Below, piece after piece: positions 40,253-49,516 of a stretch of 64,000 nucleotides of DNA. The translations under genes and the position numbers were made by a program. The stretch comes from Cenarchaeum sp. (GTDB lineage: Archaea > Thermoproteota > Nitrososphaeria > Nitrososphaerales > Nitrosopumilaceae): the NCBI GenBank assembly GCA_963692915.1, contig OY843584.1, forward strand, positions 672,001 to 736,000, read 5' to 3'. Below the pieces are notes generated by a model. It was not told where the DNA came from, searched no databases, and saw nothing but the letters and a program-made list of their open reading frames with translations. How positions within the stretch are numbered: the first letter of the stretch is position 1; every line of letters starts with the position of its first letter.

Positions 40253-42399
40253 GGACGACAGGGCTCGGACTGCCCGAGGATGCACGCAAGTTCCTGACTG
40301 ACCAGGGGTTCACAAAGCTCTATCCGCCGCAGGCCGACAGCGTGAAGGCCGGACTCCTCGATGGCAAGAGTGTCCTGGTCTCGGCGCCGACGGCGAGCGG
40401 CAAGACGCTCATTGCGCTAATGGGCATACTCGCGTGCATTGCGCGCGGGGCAGGCAAGGCGATATACCTCAGCCCGCTGCGCGCACTAGCCTCTGAAAAG
40501 CACAAAGAGTTCAAGATGCTCGAGAATACCACAGTCGGCGGGGTCACGCCAAGGGTGGCAGTCTCCACAGGCGACTATGACGCAAGCGATGCGGCCCTGG
40601 GGCGAGCCGACGTCATAGTCCTGACGAACGAGCGCATGGACTCGCTCATGCGGCACAAGCCATCATGGATGGAGAATGTCGGCCTTGTCATATCTGATGA
40701 GATACACCTGATCGGCGATGCCGACCGCGGGCCGGCCCTCGAGATGGCCATATCGCACGCAATATCATCAAGCAGGCCCCCGCAGATACTGGGCCTTAGC
40801 GCGACTGTCTCAAATGCCGACGTTCTTGCAGAGTGGTTGGACGCGAAGCTCGTGAGGAGCACGTGGAGGCCCGTGCCGCTGCGCGAGGGCGTCTATGACG
40901 GCGGGACGGTTCGCATGTTCGACGGCAAGTCCCACGACATTGAGGGCACCGTGCGCGGGCCGGCAGTCGACCTTGGCATAGAGGCCGTGGCCGACGGCGG
41001 GCAGTCCCTAGTCTTTGCCACCACAAGACCCCGATCCGTGTCAATGGCGACAAAGGCTGCCACTGCCGTCGTGCAGATGATACCCAGAAAGAGCAAGGCG
41101 CGCCTTGATGCGGCAGCAGGCCGCATAACTGCCGAGAACGAGCGCACCGAGACGGTAAAGGCCCTAGCCGCACTCGTAAAGCAGGGAGTCGCGTTCCACC
41201 ACGCCGGCCTCAACCAGGGGTGTCGCGACATAGTCGAAGAAGAGTTTCGGGCCGGCTCAATACGCCTCGTCGCCACGACGCCAACGCTGGCCGCCGGAGT
41301 CAACCTGCCGGCGAGGCGCGTCGTCGTCTCATCAGTCATGAGGTTTGACGGCCGGCGCGGCGGCATGTCCCCAATAAGCGTCCTAGAGTACAAGCAGATG
41401 TCCGGCAGGGCCGGAAGGCCACAGTATGACGACCACGGCGAGTCGATAATTGTCGCCGGCCGCATGGGAGCCGACATGGCCGAGGAGTATATCGGGGCAG
41501 AACCCGAGCCAGTAGAGTCACGCATGACAGACGCGCGCGCGATGCGCATACACACATTGGGCCTCCTTGTCATACGCTCGGCGCAGACCAGGGAGATGAT
41601 TACGGAATTTTTCATGAAGACGCTTGCCGGAAAACAGCTCGACGAGGACAGCATTGGGCGCGAGGTCGGCAGTGCGCTGCGCTCCCTAGCAAAGAGCAAG
41701 ATGGTGATCTCAAAGGGCAAGGGCAAAAATGTCAGGCACATTGCGAGCAGCATGGGCGAGCTCGTCTCGAGGCTGTACCTGGATCCCAGCACGGCCACAG
41801 AGTTCCTCGAGCTCCTCGACATGGCATCAACAAGGCGCGACCACACGCTCGGGCTGGTTCACGCAATAGTCGACTGTGGCGAGTTTTACCCAAAGTTTGC
41901 CCCGCGCGAGCGTGACCGCGAGGCCGCCGAGGAGCTCCTCGATGCGCACTCTGAGGAGCTCGTGTGGGTGGTCAGCCCCGATGAGATCTCAAAGTCGACG
42001 CTCGCGCTCCACGCGTGGGTCAGCGAAGAGTCCGAGACGTCCATCGCCGCGGCCCATGGCGTCGAGTCCGGGGACCTGCACCGCATAAGGGAGAGGGCCG
42101 CGTGGATTGCGCACTGCCTCTCGAGGATTGCAATGCACGAGAGGCGCAGGACAATAGCCGAGGAGGCCGAGAACCTGGAACGGCGGATATCGTACGGCAT
42201 ACGCCCCGAGCTTCTCGACCTGGCAAGGCTAAGGGAGGTCGGCAGGGTGCGCGCACGCGACCTGTACAGGGCAGGATACACCGACAGGAAGGCGCTGCGA
42301 GGTGCTGACGTTAAAAAGATCGCAAAGATAAGCAACATGGGCAAAAAGGTCGCCGAGCGCATAATGGCGCAGGTGGACAGGGGGGCGGGCCGGAGTTGA
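40249..42399 (+). CDS. hel308: Hel308/Ski2-like SF2 DNA helicase
   Basis: 'APTASGKT', 'DEIH', 'LSAT', 'FHHAGL', 'QMSGRAGRP', C-terminal HhH. Confidence 0.92.
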   Translation: MRTTGLGLPEDARKFLTDQGFTKLYPPQADSVKAGLLDGKSVLVSAPTASGKTLIALMGILACIARGAGKAIYLSPLRALASEKHKEFKMLENTTVGGVTPRVAVSTGDYDASDAALGRADVIVLTNERMDSLMRHKPSWMENVGLVISDEIHLIGDADRGPALEMAISHAISSSRPPQILGLSATVSNADVLAEWLDAKLVRSTWRPVPLREGVYDGGTVRMFDGKSHDIEGTVRGPAVDLGIEAVADGGQSLVFATTRPRSVSMATKAATAVVQMIPRKSKARLDAAAGRITAENERTETVKALAALVKQGVAFHHAGLNQGCRDIVEEEFRAGSIRLVATTPTLAAGVNLPARRVVVSSVMRFDGRRGGMSPISVLEYKQMSGRAGRPQYDDHGESIIVAGRMGADMAEEYIGAEPEPVESRMTDARAMRIHTLGLLVIRSAQTREMITEFFMKTLAGKQLDEDSIGREVGSALRSLAKSKMVISKGKGKNVRHIASSMGELVSRLYLDPSTATEFLELLDMASTRRDHTLGLVHAIVDCGEFYPKFAPRERDREAAEELLDAHSEELVWVVSPDEISKSTLALHAWVSEESETSIAAAHGVESGDLHRIRERAAWIAHCLSRIAMHERRRTIAEEAENLERRISYGIRPELLDLARLREVGRVRARDLYRAGYTDRKALRGADVKKIAKISNMGKKVAERIMAQVDRGAGRS

Positions 42400-43391
42400 T
42401 AGAGTATGCGCTCGCCGCACTCCTCGCAGCCGGAGTCGCCGCCGGAGTCACGCTGGGCGCAATGCCGCCGCTCATCGCCGCACTCCGCGCCCGCGGCATG
42501 GTCGTGCCTGATGCGCACAAGGCCGCCGGAACCATGGTCGCGCGTCCGGCCGGACCGGCAATCCTGGGGGGCTTTGTAGCCGGCGAGCTCGTCCTCTATG
42601 CGATATACCCGGCCGACGCGCTAGTTGCTGCCATCCTGGCGACTGCGGTGGCATTTTGCGTCGGCCTGGTCGATGACATGCGCACGATGGGCGGATGGTT
42701 CAAGCCCGTCGCCCTCGTTGCAGCAGCCATCCCCATACTGTTCATCGGCGCATATGACACCGACCTGGCGTTTCCGCTCTTTGGCGAGGTCCACATACCC
42801 GTCCTCTATATCGGCGTCGTCGTCGCGATGATGGTCATAATGGGAAACACGCTAAACTCCATAGACGTCTTCAACGGCGTGGCCAGCGGCGTCATGATCA
42901 TTGCCGGCGTGGCCCTCGGCGTCTCGCTGTGCATCATGGGCCGCCACGAGGCCGCCGCGGCGTGTGCGCCCATAGTCGGCATGTCAGTGGCCCTCTGGCG
43001 CCACCACAGAAACCCGAGCCGCGTGTTTCCCGGTGACTCGGGCGCCCTGGCACTCGGATGCATGTACGGCGCAGTCGCCATATACGGGGGTGTCGAGGTC
43101 ATCGCGGCCATAATACTGCTGCCCGCAATCACAAACTCGTTTCTCTTTCTGTCTAGCATGAGGCGCATAGTCGAGCACAGGGACGTCGCGAGGCCGACGA
43201 GGGTCCTCGATGACCTCAGGCTAGAGGCAACTGACGACTCGAGCGCGCCAGTCACGCTAGTGAGGCTCCTCCTCATGGGCGGACCCATGAGCGAGGCGGC
43301 GATCACGCGCTCCATACTCCGGCTCGCGGCGTTCTCGGCGTGCCTTGGCGTGGCCACAGCGGCAGTCTCGCAGGCGGTGCTGCCCGCATGA
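42396..43391 (+). CDS. glycosyltransferase family 4 (MraY/GPT-like polyprenyl-phosphate GlcNAc-1-phosphate transferase)
   Basis: Multi-TM; 'GLVDD', 'NSIDVFNG', 'VFPGDSG'. Confidence 0.88.
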   Translation: MIEYALAALLAAGVAAGVTLGAMPPLIAALRARGMVVPDAHKAAGTMVARPAGPAILGGFVAGELVLYAIYPADALVAAILATAVAFCVGLVDDMRTMGGWFKPVALVAAAIPILFIGAYDTDLAFPLFGEVHIPVLYIGVVVAMMVIMGNTLNSIDVFNGVASGVMIIAGVALGVSLCIMGRHEAAAACAPIVGMSVALWRHHRNPSRVFPGDSGALALGCMYGAVAIYGGVEVIAAIILLPAITNSFLFLSSMRRIVEHRDVARPTRVLDDLRLEATDDSSAPVTLVRLLLMGGPMSEAAITRSILRLAAFSACLGVATAAVSQAVLPA

Positions 43392-43612
43392 GGCACGCGC
43401 GCGTGTATGCGCTAGTCATCGGCATGTGGGCACTCATGCTAGCCGGCGGCGGCATTGCAGTCAACGTTCTCGGGCCCATCCACGCTGATGATGACGGTGA
43501 TGAGGCTAGCGTCTCGGCCGCAAAGGCCGCAGTCGCCGTTCTCCTCGTCATCGCGTGGGTCTATGTCCTCTCGAGGGTAAAGTCGCTCATATTTGCGCGG
43601 CGTTCGGCCTAG
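43388..43612 (+). CDS. small two-TM membrane protein
   Basis: ATGA overlap with the GT4 gene; two hydrophobic helices. Confidence 0.7.
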   Translation: MRHARVYALVIGMWALMLAGGGIAVNVLGPIHADDDGDEASVSAAKAAVAVLLVIAWVYVLSRVKSLIFARRSA

Positions 43613-43863
43613 GACGCCACGCGTATCTTGGATGGCAGCAAGTCGCGGTTTTTGCGCACAAAGGCGACGTCTGCGGGGATATCGCGCAGGGTATCAGGGA
43701 GCATCACCGGTATGCCCTCGAGTATCGGGTAAAACCTCGAGCACTTTGTGCAGTACAGTGCGCCCTCGTCGACCTCGTCTCCGGACTCGGAGCACACGTA
43801 AAGCTCGAGTGGCGCATGGTGGTCATCCGGACATGCGAGCACGTCGAGCATCTGGCGCCTCAT
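43609..43863 (-). CDS. Trm112-family methyltransferase activator
   Basis: 'MLDVLACP', 'EGALYCTKCSRFYPILEGIPVMLP'. Confidence 0.9.
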   Translation of the reverse strand: MRRQMLDVLACPDDHHAPLELYVCSESGDEVDEGALYCTKCSRFYPILEGIPVMLPDTLRDIPADVAFVRKNRDLLPSKIRVAS

Positions 43864-44879
43864 CTCTGGTCTAGATACACGGGAGCGCCCGTATTTATGG
43901 ATACGAGCATTGCCTCCATCACGTGCGCAAGCGAGGACGGGTTTGGTGGCGGTGGCGGGTGGACGGCCCATGACTGCCACGCTCCCTGTGAGTGGAGACC
44001 GGCAGGATCGATGCCTGTCTCTAGGCCGACGAGCATGGACGGCAGGTGGCGCATGAGGCCATGGCACCCGAGTTCACCATCCGGATCGCCGTATAGGGTG
44101 GCAGGGTGGACGTGCTCCTCCCCAGGACGGCACATGGGGCAATAGTCCGGACCGGCCATGCCATCATTGTATCGCACGGACATCTTGCCCGAGGAGAGGT
44201 CGGCGTGGTTGAGGCCCATGCCTGTCGCCGTGAGCACGATTTCAGAGTTGGCAAACTCGCGATCGATCGGAAATTGGATGCAGTCCCCAGAGTAGGCCGA
44301 GCCTATGGAGGCAAATGCTGTCCGGTCGCCCTCAAAGCGCATCATTAGCGAGACCGAGTCTCCAAGCCTGCGCTCCTCGCCTTCCTGATCGTCATCATCC
44401 TCCCCACGCGGCGAGCTCGCAAAGACGGCCTGTGGTGCCGAGCCGAGCGCAAACATTGCAATGTCAGCGGACAGCGCACACACTGAACGCATGTCAGGGT
44501 GTGGGCCCATGACAGTCGTGGATATGGCCGCCGAGTCGCGCACGTGGTTGCGCGCGTGGCGCATCACGGGGCTATAGCGCGCAATGTGGCTGCCGCAGCC
44601 GAGCCGCAGGCCGGCCTTTTGCGCGGCCTTTTCTAGGCCCTCCCACTCGTTAGACGCGCAAGAGTTGACGTCATAGACCATGACATGAACGCCGGCGCGC
44701 AAGAGGTCCATGGCGAGTCCTGCGCACGAGTCGCCCACATGTCCAATCACGGCAGCACCGCCCTTGCCTGCGACCTCCAGAATCGCATCTACTGTGGGCT
44801 CGACCGTGCGCGCATATAGTGCCACGGGGAGCGAAGGCCCCTCTAGGTGATCCGGCCACCCGGCAAAGACGAGTGCCAC
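43860..44879 (-). CDS. highly divergent Gfo/Idh/MocA-like oxidoreductase homologue
   Basis: Residual pattern 'DLLRAGVHVMV...LEKAAQKAGLRLGCG.HIARYSP'; GxGxxG and EKP motifs absent. Confidence 0.55.
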   Translation of the reverse strand: MALVFAGWPDHLEGPSLPVALYARTVEPTVDAILEVAGKGGAAVIGHVGDSCAGLAMDLLRAGVHVMVYDVNSCASNEWEGLEKAAQKAGLRLGCGSHIARYSPVMRHARNHVRDSAAISTTVMGPHPDMRSVCALSADIAMFALGSAPQAVFASSPRGEDDDDQEGEERRLGDSVSLMMRFEGDRTAFASIGSAYSGDCIQFPIDREFANSEIVLTATGMGLNHADLSSGKMSVRYNDGMAGPDYCPMCRPGEEHVHPATLYGDPDGELGCHGLMRHLPSMLVGLETGIDPAGLHSQGAWQSWAVHPPPPPNPSSLAHVMEAMLVSINTGAPVYLDQR

Positions 44880-45797
44880 CTAGTACACCGCCGTGAGCCA
44901 CCCTGCACGCGTTTCGTTGCGCCCCATGACGGCATCCTCGTATGCGCGCATGAGTGTCCTCGTCAGCTCACCAGGCTTGCCGTTGCCGACCTTTTTGCCG
45001 TCGATCGACGTGACCGGCGTGACCTCGGCGGCCGTTCCGGTCAGGAAGATCTCGTCGGCAACATAGAGCTCGCTGCGCGCAATGTCGCCGACGCGCGCGC
45101 CGATTCCGGCGTCAGGGGCGAGCTGTAGTATGCAGTCGCGCGTGAGGCCCTCGAGTGCGGACGAGGCGAGCGTCGGCGTGATTAGCTCGCCGTGGCGCAC
45201 GACAAAGATGTTCTCGCCTGGCGCCTCGCTCAAGAACCCACGCGAGTCGAGGAGGATCGCCTCGTCGTATCCGTTGCGGTGGGCCTCCTGCGTTGCGATT
45301 ATCGCGTTGAGATAGTTTCCGCCCGCCTTTGCCATGTGCGGCGTTGAGGCATCAGAGAACTTTTTCCACGACGAGATGCCCGCCGATATTCCCGACGCTG
45401 GAAAGAGCCGGCCTGCCGGAAACGCGTACATTGCCGTGCGAACCGGCGCGCCGGGCGCAATGTCGAGGTTTATCCCATAGTCGCCGACAAAGCAGAACGG
45501 CCTGACATAGCACGACTTTTTGAGTCGGTTCTTGCGGCAGATGCCCGTGACTGCCGAGGCGAGCTCGTCGGCGCTGTGCTTGAGTGACATCGAGTAGAAT
45601 GACGCCGACTCGGCGAGGCGCCTGACGTGGTCGTCGAGGCGCACAACGTTGAGGTTCTTGCCGTTCCAGTATGCGCGGATTCCCTCAAAGACAGACGTCC
45701 CATAGTGGAGCGCGTGTGTCGTGATGGGCACGCGCGCGCCGGCTAGTGGGCAGTATCGGCCGTCAAGCCACGCCGTGGGACACGGGCTGAACTTCAT
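44880..45797 (-). CDS. ilvE: branched-chain amino acid aminotransferase
   Basis: 'HALHYGTSVFEGIR', 'AKAGGNY', 'EAPGENIF', 'LEGLTR', 'GTAAEVTP'. Confidence 0.96.
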   Translation of the reverse strand: MKFSPCPTAWLDGRYCPLAGARVPITTHALHYGTSVFEGIRAYWNGKNLNVVRLDDHVRRLAESASFYSMSLKHSADELASAVTGICRKNRLKKSCYVRPFCFVGDYGINLDIAPGAPVRTAMYAFPAGRLFPASGISAGISSWKKFSDASTPHMAKAGGNYLNAIIATQEAHRNGYDEAILLDSRGFLSEAPGENIFVVRHGELITPTLASSALEGLTRDCILQLAPDAGIGARVGDIARSELYVADEIFLTGTAAEVTPVTSIDGKKVGNGKPGELTRTLMRAYEDAVMGRNETRAGWLTAVY

Positions 45798-45943
45798 CGG
45801 GTTGGGCGTGCGCGCATGGAGTAATTAACGTATTTGCGCGAATTTGGGCAGAAGAGCGACTCCCAGACCCCGCGCATAGTGGCCACAGTCGTTCCTGCGA
45901 TCGCCCAAAACGGATATTAATGCGCCCCCTAGCGCGCAGGGCG

Positions 45944-46063
45944 ATGCCAGAGAGGACAATGCCGGTCTGCTGCACCGAGGAGCAACACCGCATAATCACG
46001 GAATACGCCAAGAGACGCGGCATGACTGACGCGTCGCAGGCCGTAGAGTCGTTGCTCGACTAG
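45944..46063 (+). CDS. 39-aa small protein, possible ribbon-helix-helix (below the ORF-track cutoff)
   Basis: MPERTMPVCCTEEQHRIITEYAKRRGMTDASQAVESLLD*; TATA-like ATATTAAT about 23 nt upstream. Confidence 0.6.
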   Translation: MPERTMPVCCTEEQHRIITEYAKRRGMTDASQAVESLLD

Positions 46064-46126
46064 CCCAACGCTTTTTACCCCTAAACGGTGGCGCGAGGCC
46101 ATGAACCCATGGCGTGGTGCGCCCTG

Positions 46127-46537
46127 ATGGGGCTATTTTCAAGAAAGCCAACAGTGTGTGCCGTGTGCGGCAAGGAGACGAGGCACTCGCACAAGCCAAA
46201 GCGCGAGTGGGGCGTGTCAGGCAGGCTGTGCGGCGACTGCCATGTGGAGAAGACAAAGGCGCACTATGACTCGATGACGCAGCAAGCATGTGTCGTGTGC
46301 GGCACCGTAAAGAGAATGCATGACCTCTGGGAGCCGCACTGGAAGTGGGACATGGACGGCCTGCTGTGCAAGTCGTGCTTTGACTCGCATGGCGAGGAGC
46401 ACGAGAAAAAGCGCAACAACTGCTCGCGCTGCGGCGGCAAGATGGGAATCATACGCTACAACCCAAAGCCAAAGTGGAAGATCACCGGCCAGCTATGCCG
46501 GAACTGCTGGGATGTGCAAAAGGCCGAGCTCGGCTAG
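46127..46537 (+). CDS. triple zinc-finger-like repeat protein
   Basis: Three copies of CxxCG...P-x3-W-x3-G-x-LCxxC. Confidence 0.8.
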   Translation: MGLFSRKPTVCAVCGKETRHSHKPKREWGVSGRLCGDCHVEKTKAHYDSMTQQACVVCGTVKRMHDLWEPHWKWDMDGLLCKSCFDSHGEEHEKKRNNCSRCGGKMGIIRYNPKPKWKITGQLCRNCWDVQKAELG

Positions 46538-46572
46538 CGCGCAGCAGGAATTGAAAGGTGGGCAGTTGTGCC

Positions 46573-46854
46573 CTAGAGTGCACTTATCGACTTTACCACA
46601 GGGGGCCTGTTCTTGACAAAGACGCGAAATCCGCAAATGCACTTTATCTCTGGCAGCCTGTCGAGCTCCTCGGCCGGAGCAGGCGTGTTGCAGCGCAGGC
46701 AAGAGTACATTACGCTGTTGCGCTCAGGCTCGACAGTCTCGGCATCCTCGTCGCCGTCAGTCGACTCGGCGGCTCCCGTTGAGCCAAACGCCGTGTTGGG
46801 CACGAGGGCCGTGTCGGCCTCTGGAGGCGTTGGTGGGACGCTCTCGTCTACCAT
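46573..46854 (-). CDS. rpoP: DNA-directed RNA polymerase subunit P (Rpo12) with acidic N-terminal extension
   Basis: 'YSCLRC...IKCICGFRVFVKNRPPVVK'; downstream of tuf-rpsJ. Confidence 0.88.
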   Translation of the reverse strand: MVDESVPPTPPEADTALVPNTAFGSTGAAESTDGDEDAETVEPERNSVMYSCLRCNTPAPAEELDRLPEIKCICGFRVFVKNRPPVVKSISAL

Positions 46855-46897
46855 GCCAGAGCCCCCGCACGCGCCAATTTAAGCCGTTCTGCGCGAG

Positions 46898-47212
46898 TCA
46901 CTTTAGCACCAGCTCGATATACACGCCATCGGGCATGTTTAGCCTCATCAGCTGCCTTATCGCCGAGCCCTTGCCATCGGCGCTAATGTCCATGATACGC
47001 CGGTGCATGCGCATCTCCCACTTTTCGTACGTCTCGGTTCCGCTTCCGCACGGGGACTTGCGCGTGTCGATGTGGAGGCGCTTTACGGGCAGCGGTGTCG
47101 GACCCTTTATGCGAACGCCTGTCTTTAGGCCGATTCCGTGGATCTCCTGGCACACAGAATCCAGCTTGGCAAGGTCAGAGCTTGTCAGTTTGACTCGGGC
47201 TGACTGGGCCAA
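46898..47212 (-). CDS. rpsJ: 30S ribosomal protein S10
   Basis: 'GPTPLP', 'RKSPCGSGTETYEKWEMRMHRR'. Confidence 0.97.
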   Translation of the reverse strand: MAQSARVKLTSSDLAKLDSVCQEIHGIGLKTGVRIKGPTPLPVKRLHIDTRKSPCGSGTETYEKWEMRMHRRIMDISADGKGSAIRQLMRLNMPDGVYIELVLK

Positions 47213-47225
47213 TCAAGCACACCAG

Positions 47226-48524
47226 CTATGGGGTGTGCTCTTCGGTAATCTCTTTCACAATTCCGGCGGCAACCGTCGCGCCCATGTCACGCAGGGCAAA
47301 GCGACCCATCTCGGGATACTCTTTGAACGTCTCTATGGGCGTCGGGCGGACGGGCCTTATCCTCACAATGGCCGAGTCGCCGACCTTTAGGAACTTTGGG
47401 TTCTCCTCGTCAGTCGCGCCCGTGGCGGCGTTTATCTTTGCCTCAAATGACGTTATCGTCGCGGCGACCTGCGCCGTGTGGCAGTGCATGACCGGCGTGT
47501 AGCCAGGTGCGATTGCAGTGGGGTGGTGGATCACTATAATCTGCGCCTTGAACTCTTTTGCGACCTTTGGCGGATCACTCGGAGAGCCCAGCACGTCACC
47601 GCGCTTTATGTCCTTTTTCTCAATTCCGCGAAGGTTGAACCCAATGTTGTCACCAGCCTGCGCCGACTCTAGCTGCTGGTGGTGCGTCTCTATGGACTTT
47701 ATCTCTCCGGCAGCGCCAGATGGCATCACGACGATCTTGTCACCAGGCTTCATCTTGCCCGTCTCGACACGGCCGACGGGAACCGTTCCGACACCCGTGA
47801 TCGTGTAGACGTCCTGGACAGGCACGCGCAGCGGCTTGCTTATCGGCTTCTCCTCGACCTTGAAGTCATCAAAGCACTCTAGGAGCGTCTTGCCCTTGTA
47901 CCATGACATGTTCTCGGACTTTTTGACGAGATTGTCGCCCTTCCAGCCTGAGACGGGTATGAACGGAACATCGTCGAGCTTGTAGCCGACTGACTGGCAG
48001 AGCTTGCCGCCCTTTTCAACGACTGCCTTGTAGGCGTCCTCCTTGTAGTCGACGGCGTCCATCTTGTTGACTGCCACTATGATCTGCTTTACGCCGAGCG
48101 TCTTTAGGAGGAACGCGTGCTCGCGAGCCTGGCCTCCGGCAGCTATTGCCGTGTCCGTCTCACCCTCCTTTGCCGAGAGGACGAGAATCGCACAGTCGGC
48201 CTCTGAAGCGCCGGTGATCATGTTCTTGATAAAGTCCCTGTGACCGGGCGCGTCGATGAGCGTAAAGAAGAACTTTGGCGTCTCGAACTTTTGGAACGCG
48301 AGGTCTATCGTGATGCCCCTCTCCCTCTCGTCCTTTATGTTGTCCATGACCCATGCGTACTTGAAGGTGTCACCCTTGCCCGTCTTTTCGGACTCTTCGG
48401 CGTGCTGCGCTATCGTCCTCTCGTCTACCACGCCCAAATCCATGAGAAAGTGGCCCATCGTGGTGGACTTGCCGTTGTCGATGTGCCCCGTAACTATGAG
48501 GTTCAGGTGTTCCTTGTCAGCCAA
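47226..48524 (-). CDS. tuf: translation elongation factor aEF-1 alpha
   Basis: 'GHIDNGKST', 'ERERGITID', 'DAPGHRDF', 'NKMD'; TTG 48524 chosen as start. Confidence 0.98.
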   Translation of the reverse strand: MADKEHLNLIVTGHIDNGKSTTMGHFLMDLGVVDERTIAQHAEESEKTGKGDTFKYAWVMDNIKDERERGITIDLAFQKFETPKFFFTLIDAPGHRDFIKNMITGASEADCAILVLSAKEGETDTAIAAGGQAREHAFLLKTLGVKQIIVAVNKMDAVDYKEDAYKAVVEKGGKLCQSVGYKLDDVPFIPVSGWKGDNLVKKSENMSWYKGKTLLECFDDFKVEEKPISKPLRVPVQDVYTITGVGTVPVGRVETGKMKPGDKIVVMPSGAAGEIKSIETHHQQLESAQAGDNIGFNLRGIEKKDIKRGDVLGSPSDPPKVAKEFKAQIIVIHHPTAIAPGYTPVMHCHTAQVAATITSFEAKINAATGATDEENPKFLKVGDSAIVRIRPVRPTPIETFKEYPEMGRFALRDMGATVAAGIVKEITEEHTP

Positions 48525-48578
48525 GTGTGACACCCGTCAGAATGGGGGTTTATTACCCTTGTGATGGTCGGCGATATG

Positions 48579-48594
48579 GCCTGCCATGGCAGGC
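48579..48594. repeat. perfect 16-bp palindrome GCCTGCCATGGCAGGC upstream of the tuf promoter
   Basis: Self-complementary; about 25 nt upstream of the AT-rich TATA-like tract at about 48549-48556. Confidence 0.6.
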
Positions 48595-48952
48595 TAGCCA
48601 CGGCGCGGCATGGCGCGCCGCCGTGGGTCGGCAAGCCCCAGCTTGGGCCAGAACTGCCCATGCAGAGCCCCATATCTCGCACGGGGAGGCAGAGCGAGCC
48701 GGCTAGCGCAAACTCCTCAACAGGACCGCCATGCAGGGCTCCCGTCTCTTGCGTCAAGCGCACGCGGCAGGGCGACAATCACCCGTGGCGTGTCCAGGCG
48801 AAGCCCATGCACAGAACCGCAGATGATGCCCCCCAGGGCAGTCCACAAGCTGTGGGCATGCCCCCACACCACATAACCACTGGAAGGCCAGAAATTGGCC
48901 AACCCGATCAGGCCAACCACAGGCAATAAATACAAAGCGGGTTCAGCCGGAC

Positions 48953-49516
48953 GTGTTGAAAGTAGTCGAGGTAAACACGGAAGAGGCTTTTAGGCACTAC
49001 GGCATTGTCGATCCCAGAGACGAGGACGCGGTACAAGAAAGAATCAAACTGACATGCTCGTTTTTGCACATGCTGCGCAATGAGAATCTGATCATATGCA
49101 AGGCATCTCCGGACATAGCATCACTGAACACGAGAAAGCGAATTCAAAGTATGACGTATTTGGCATTTCGCGTGTTCGATCTTCCGCTTGGTTATTGGTA
49201 CAATTTGTACATATATGGCCCATATTCGGTCACGCTGGCCACTGAATATTACCAAATTCCAAACGTCAGGAAACATGAGGCCATCACCACTAAAGAATGG
49301 CCCAAAATGGACGAGTTTTTGGACTTTGTGAGGAGGCAAGACACAGACTGGCTAGAGGTAGTCACTACACTCCACTACATAGCGGCAAAGGAGAGGATTG
49401 CTGGTGACAAGTTGGTTTCGCGCGTCAGTGACCTCTGTCACGTATTGGGCATCAAGGCAGCGTATGACAAAGTGAACAAGGCAAGTTTTTGGGACAAGGC
49501 AAGATATCTTTTATGA
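48953..49516 (+). CDS. YwgA/DUF4065-like putative antitoxin-type protein (orphan)
   Basis: 'RKRIQSMTYL...LGYWYNLYIYGPYSVTLA' and 'WLEVVTTLHY'; AT-rich; ATAAATA about 21 nt upstream. Confidence 0.65.
   Translation: MLKVVEVNTEEAFRHYGIVDPRDEDAVQERIKLTCSFLHMLRNENLIICKASPDIASLNTRKRIQSMTYLAFRVFDLPLGYWYNLYIYGPYSVTLATEYYQIPNVRKHEAITTKEWPKMDEFLDFVRRQDTDWLEVVTTLHYIAAKERIAGDKLVSRVSDLCHVLGIKAAYDKVNKASFWDKARYLL

Noticed and set aside
46710-46854. Acidic N-terminal extension of RpoP
   Set aside because: As far as I recall this is usual in Nitrosopumilaceae Rpo12, so not considered novel.
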